Assembly: GCA_964608765.1 (NCBI GenBank)
Contig: CAZSPD010000001.1
Coordinates: forward strand, 70,912 to 134,911
Length of the DNA: 64,000 nt
Direction of reading: 5' to 3'
Source of the DNA: Candidatus Woesearchaeota archaeon
Lineage (GTDB): Archaea > Nanobdellota > Nanobdellia > Pacearchaeales > GW2011-AR1
Positions within the stretch are counted from its first letter, which is position 1, and the number at the start of each line of letters is the position of its first letter. The notes beneath the pieces are model-generated. The model was not told where the DNA came from, did no database searches, and saw only the letters and a list, made by a program, of their open reading frames with translations. Below, one piece after another: positions 61,488 through 64,000 of this stretch. The translations under genes and the position numbers were made by a program.

Positions 61488-62753
61488 TTATTTTTTCCAG
61501 TGCTTTAATGCTATTTTTAATTCTCCATGATTTTCAGAGTACTCTTTAAGAGATTGTTTTTTCATGAATGCTTCAATAGACTGTCTCATTGCTCTTGCTC
61601 CTGCAATTGTTCCGTCAGGATGCCCATGCACCCCTCCGCCAGCTTGTATTACAACATCTGTTCCCATTGATTTTAATATTTCTGGAATAACTTGAGGATA
61701 CAATCCCCCAGATGCTACGCCTAATACAGGCTTTGTATTAAACCATCTTTGCTCAAGATTATTTTTTGTGGAAGGTATAAATTGAGTTTGAATTTTTTTC
61801 TGAATATCTAAAACCTCTTTTTCATCTCCACTCATTTTACCATGCACTGCACCTATATGAAGAGTATCTACACCAACCATTCTTGCTAATTGAGCAATAA
61901 CTTTCATAGACATTCCATGGTCAGGATTTCTATCGTACATTGCATGTCCTGCTCTGTGTGCATGAATCGGAAGCTTAGTAAAATTCCTTGCTGTTTGGAG
62001 TGCTCCCCATCCTAAGGTTAAAATATCTAACATAATATAATTTCCACCATTTTCTTCAACAAACTTTATTCTTTTTTTCATCTCTTCACTTTCAGCAGTA
62101 CAATTAATTAAATAGACTTTTTTTTCTCCTGTGAACTTCTCAGCTTCCCTACATGCTTTAATTGTTAATAAAAATCTTTTTTTAAAATTATTAAAACTTT
62201 GACTTGTAAGGTTTTCATCATCTTTAACAATATCGCACCCTCCAATCCAAGATTCATATGCAACTCTTGCATGATTTTTTTCATCTAACCCGACTTTAGG
62301 TTTAATTATTGTTCCAATAAAAGGTCTTTTTTGTATTTTCATTAATTTCCTTAAACCTTTAATACCATATCTTGGACCTCTAAAACTTTTAAGCATTTTT
62401 TCAGGAATTCTAAAATCTTCCCACAAGATTCCTTTTACAGTTTTCATTCCATAGATATTTCCCCCTACACTCGAGAGTATTTCTGGGAGATTCCCCAACT
62501 CAAATAATTCAATAGGATAAGCTATTCTAACTCTTTTTTCTTTTTCATTTAGATAATATATTTTTGGAGCTAGCTTTTTAATAATCTCTTTATTAATTGT
62601 TCCAATATTAGTCCAAGTCCCTATTGAACTTTCTCCTGCAACTTCTTCTGATACTTTTTTAAGACTCAATCCTTTTGCAGGACTTATTTTATACTGACAT
62701 ATAACATCTGTATTTTTTGGTTTATATTTTAAATCTAAAAATGTTCCTTTCAT
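61488..62753 (-). CDS. rbcL: ribulose-1,5-bisphosphate carboxylase large subunit, form III (archaeal type)
   Basis: 421 aa. GTIIKPKVGLDEKNHARVAYESWIGGCDIVKDDENL contains the carbamylated-Lys/KDDE region. HAHRAGHA and GGGVHGHPDG are present. There is no small-subunit gene. Confidence 0.9.
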   Translation of the reverse strand: MKGTFLDLKYKPKNTDVICQYKISPAKGLSLKKVSEEVAGESSIGTWTNIGTINKEIIKKLAPKIYYLNEKEKRVRIAYPIELFELGNLPEILSSVGGNIYGMKTVKGILWEDFRIPEKMLKSFRGPRYGIKGLRKLMKIQKRPFIGTIIKPKVGLDEKNHARVAYESWIGGCDIVKDDENLTSQSFNNFKKRFLLTIKACREAEKFTGEKKVYLINCTAESEEMKKRIKFVEENGGNYIMLDILTLGWGALQTARNFTKLPIHAHRAGHAMYDRNPDHGMSMKVIAQLARMVGVDTLHIGAVHGKMSGDEKEVLDIQKKIQTQFIPSTKNNLEQRWFNTKPVLGVASGGLYPQVIPEILKSMGTDVVIQAGGGVHGHPDGTIAGARAMRQSIEAFMKKQSLKEYSENHGELKIALKHWKK

Positions 62754-62836
62754 TTTTCCTCTTTTATTTTTATTATTTTAATATTACTAAGAGATTTTTA
62801 GTTTTTAAATTATTCTTATAAATAAATTAAATATTT

Positions 62837-63001
62837 TTATTTTCCGCAATAAGTTAATTCATATTTTTTATTGTGAAACTCTTTACACGCCTTGCAATTA
62901 GAATGTCTTGGGCATGTTAAATCAGGACACCTACATTTGGGGTTATAGGTTTCATCTATTTTTTCTTCATCCTCTAAAAAAGGATACTCTTCATCTTCCA
63001 T
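62837..63001 (-). CDS. small Cys-rich protein (not in ORF track, 54 aa)
   Basis: Hand translation gives MEDEEYPFLEDEEKIDETYNPKCRCPDLTCPRHSNCKACKEFHNKKYELTYCGK, with a C-x-C-x5-CP-x5-C-x2-C-x3-H-x9-C pattern. Lies directly upstream of rbcL on the same strand. Confidence 0.45.
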   Translation of the reverse strand: MEDEEYPFLEDEEKIDETYNPKCRCPDLTCPRHSNCKACKEFHNKKYELTYCGK

Positions 63002-63006
63002 GAATT

Positions 63007-63543
63007 TTATCTCTTTTTTCTCTTTTTATTACTACTCTTTTTCTTCTTTTCTCTATTAAAACTGATTCTTTTATTTGCCCAGTATGCAACATAAATCAAA
63101 AATCCCAATGCAATTCCTAAGATTATAAACCTCATTAAATCGTCCATATATTCCCAGTATCTACTTGTCCCATAGATTATGAACATTAAACTTCCAAACA
63201 TTAATCCACCTGATATTGAATTTATATTTATGAATATCATACCTAGAGAAATAATTAATACTCCAAAAATTAAACTTATTATAAACATTTTTTTTGAGTA
63301 TTCTTTATTAGCTAAATCATATTCTTCATTACATTTTTGATACATTTCTTGTTGCTCTTTTCTTTGTTCTTGTAACTCAGAATCACTAAAGCTTTGATCG
63401 TATTCTGCAGGAGGATAAATTACACTATAATCGCAATATTCACCATATCTTGGCTCCTCATAGATTAATTTTGTCCCAAACACACAGAACATAAGAAAAA
63501 TTATTGCTATTGCAACACCAATAGCAGTTTCTTTTACTTTCAT
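63007..63543 (-). CDS. hypothetical membrane protein
   Basis: 178 aa, N-terminal TM, then a Cys-containing loop, three more TM segments and a basic tail. Confidence 0.45.
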   Translation of the reverse strand: MKVKETAIGVAIAIIFLMFCVFGTKLIYEEPRYGEYCDYSVIYPPAEYDQSFSDSELQEQRKEQQEMYQKCNEEYDLANKEYSKKMFIISLIFGVLIISLGMIFININSISGGLMFGSLMFIIYGTSRYWEYMDDLMRFIILGIALGFLIYVAYWANKRISFNREKKKKSSNKKRKKR

Positions 63544-63608
63544 TTATTTTTAATAACCTCTTCTTTATGAATATAATTTAAAAGGAATATTTAAAGTTTA
63601 TTTATTCT

Positions 63609-64000
63609 TTAAAATAATCCTCTCTTTATAACTACTATGTCAAAAGAACTAGTTGTAGTTTCAAGAGGATCTCCACCACATTTTACCACTACTTTAAATG
63701 TTTGTGTACAAGGAGAAACCTCTAAAGGAACATCAATTTGTATGAGTTTTGTTCCTATTCCCTCCTCAACATCCCCAAAAGTAATATCTTTTACTCCAGG
63801 ATATATATCCTTTAAAGGATTTGTCCACCCATTTTTCATACACGCTCTATTTGAAGTAGCTTCTTCCACAACTATCGAAAAGTTACATCCATTTCTATTA
63901 GGACCCCATAAACTAGGTTTATCAGGAGCAAATGCTATTGGAATTCCAAAACCTTTTGTCCCTTGTTTAACAGTAGCAGTATTTTTGCTTCCAAGTCCAA
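63609..64000 (-). CDS. hypothetical protein, C-terminal part (ORF stays open to the right window edge)
   Basis: The frame of the 86-aa track ORF stays open upstream to position 64000 (...GLGSKNTATVKQGTKGFGIPIAFAPDKPSLWGPNRNGCNFSIVVEEATSNR...). Likely part of a larger secreted protein. Confidence 0.4.
   Translation of the reverse strand, partial: GLGSKNTATVKQGTKGFGIPIAFAPDKPSLWGPNRNGCNFSIVVEEATSNRACMKNGWTNPLKDIYPGVKDITFGDVEEGIGTKLIQIDVPLEVSPCTQTFKVVVKCGGDPLETTTSSFDIVVIKRGLF

Noticed and set aside
1-64000. CRISPR arrays, rRNA genes, transposases/integrases, prophage or toxin-antitoxin modules
   Set aside because: Scanning both strands by eye shows no regularly spaced direct repeats and no long GC-rich structured RNA regions apart from the two tRNAs. 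No ORF has transposase, integrase or Cas hallmarks. The wHTH (35761) and NTase-like (55566) genes have no adjacent partner gene that would make a TA pair.

Overview
Gene-dense, visibly AT-rich (roughly 30% GC by eye, not computed) archaeal chromosome segment. The gene content looks like a small-genome, DPANN-type archaeon; that assignment is inference. The window falls into five parts. (1) 1-11355, minus strand: an almost complete archaeal ribosomal-protein super-operon running uL3 to uL15, with aSUI1 embedded. (2) 11.4-28.6 kb: housekeeping genes, including AMP phosphorylase, two tRNAs, Taw1, an M50 protease, aIF5A, the ftsZ-secE-spt5-rpl11 cluster, rpl37ae-rpoP-pfdB, and sepF. (3) 28.7-50.1 kb: a cell-surface island. 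It holds a C-terminally anchored surface protein next to an archaeosortase-like gene, an S-layer gene with a long structured leader, and a seven-gene translationally coupled operon. That operon encodes five type IV pilin-like proteins (class III signal peptides) and two very large cysteine-rich proteins. The island also has a 1100-aa modular Cys-rich membrane protein. It is interrupted only by PCNA and a fused PriS-PriL primase. (4) 50-61 kb: a ComEA-like protein plus an Hjc-like nuclease, class II LysRS, RNase HI, TrmY, Cbf5, and eL31/eL39/eS19. (5) 61.5-62.8 kb: form III RuBisCO. Four conserved genes shorter than 60 aa (eL40, SecE, RpoP and a Cys-rich peptide) are missing from the ORF track and were found by hand translation. 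I saw no CRISPR array, rRNA or recognisable mobile element. The most promising unexplained system is the pilin-like/Cys-rich operon at 36111-44228. It shares a small CC-terminated Cys module with the 1100-aa protein at 46787-50089.
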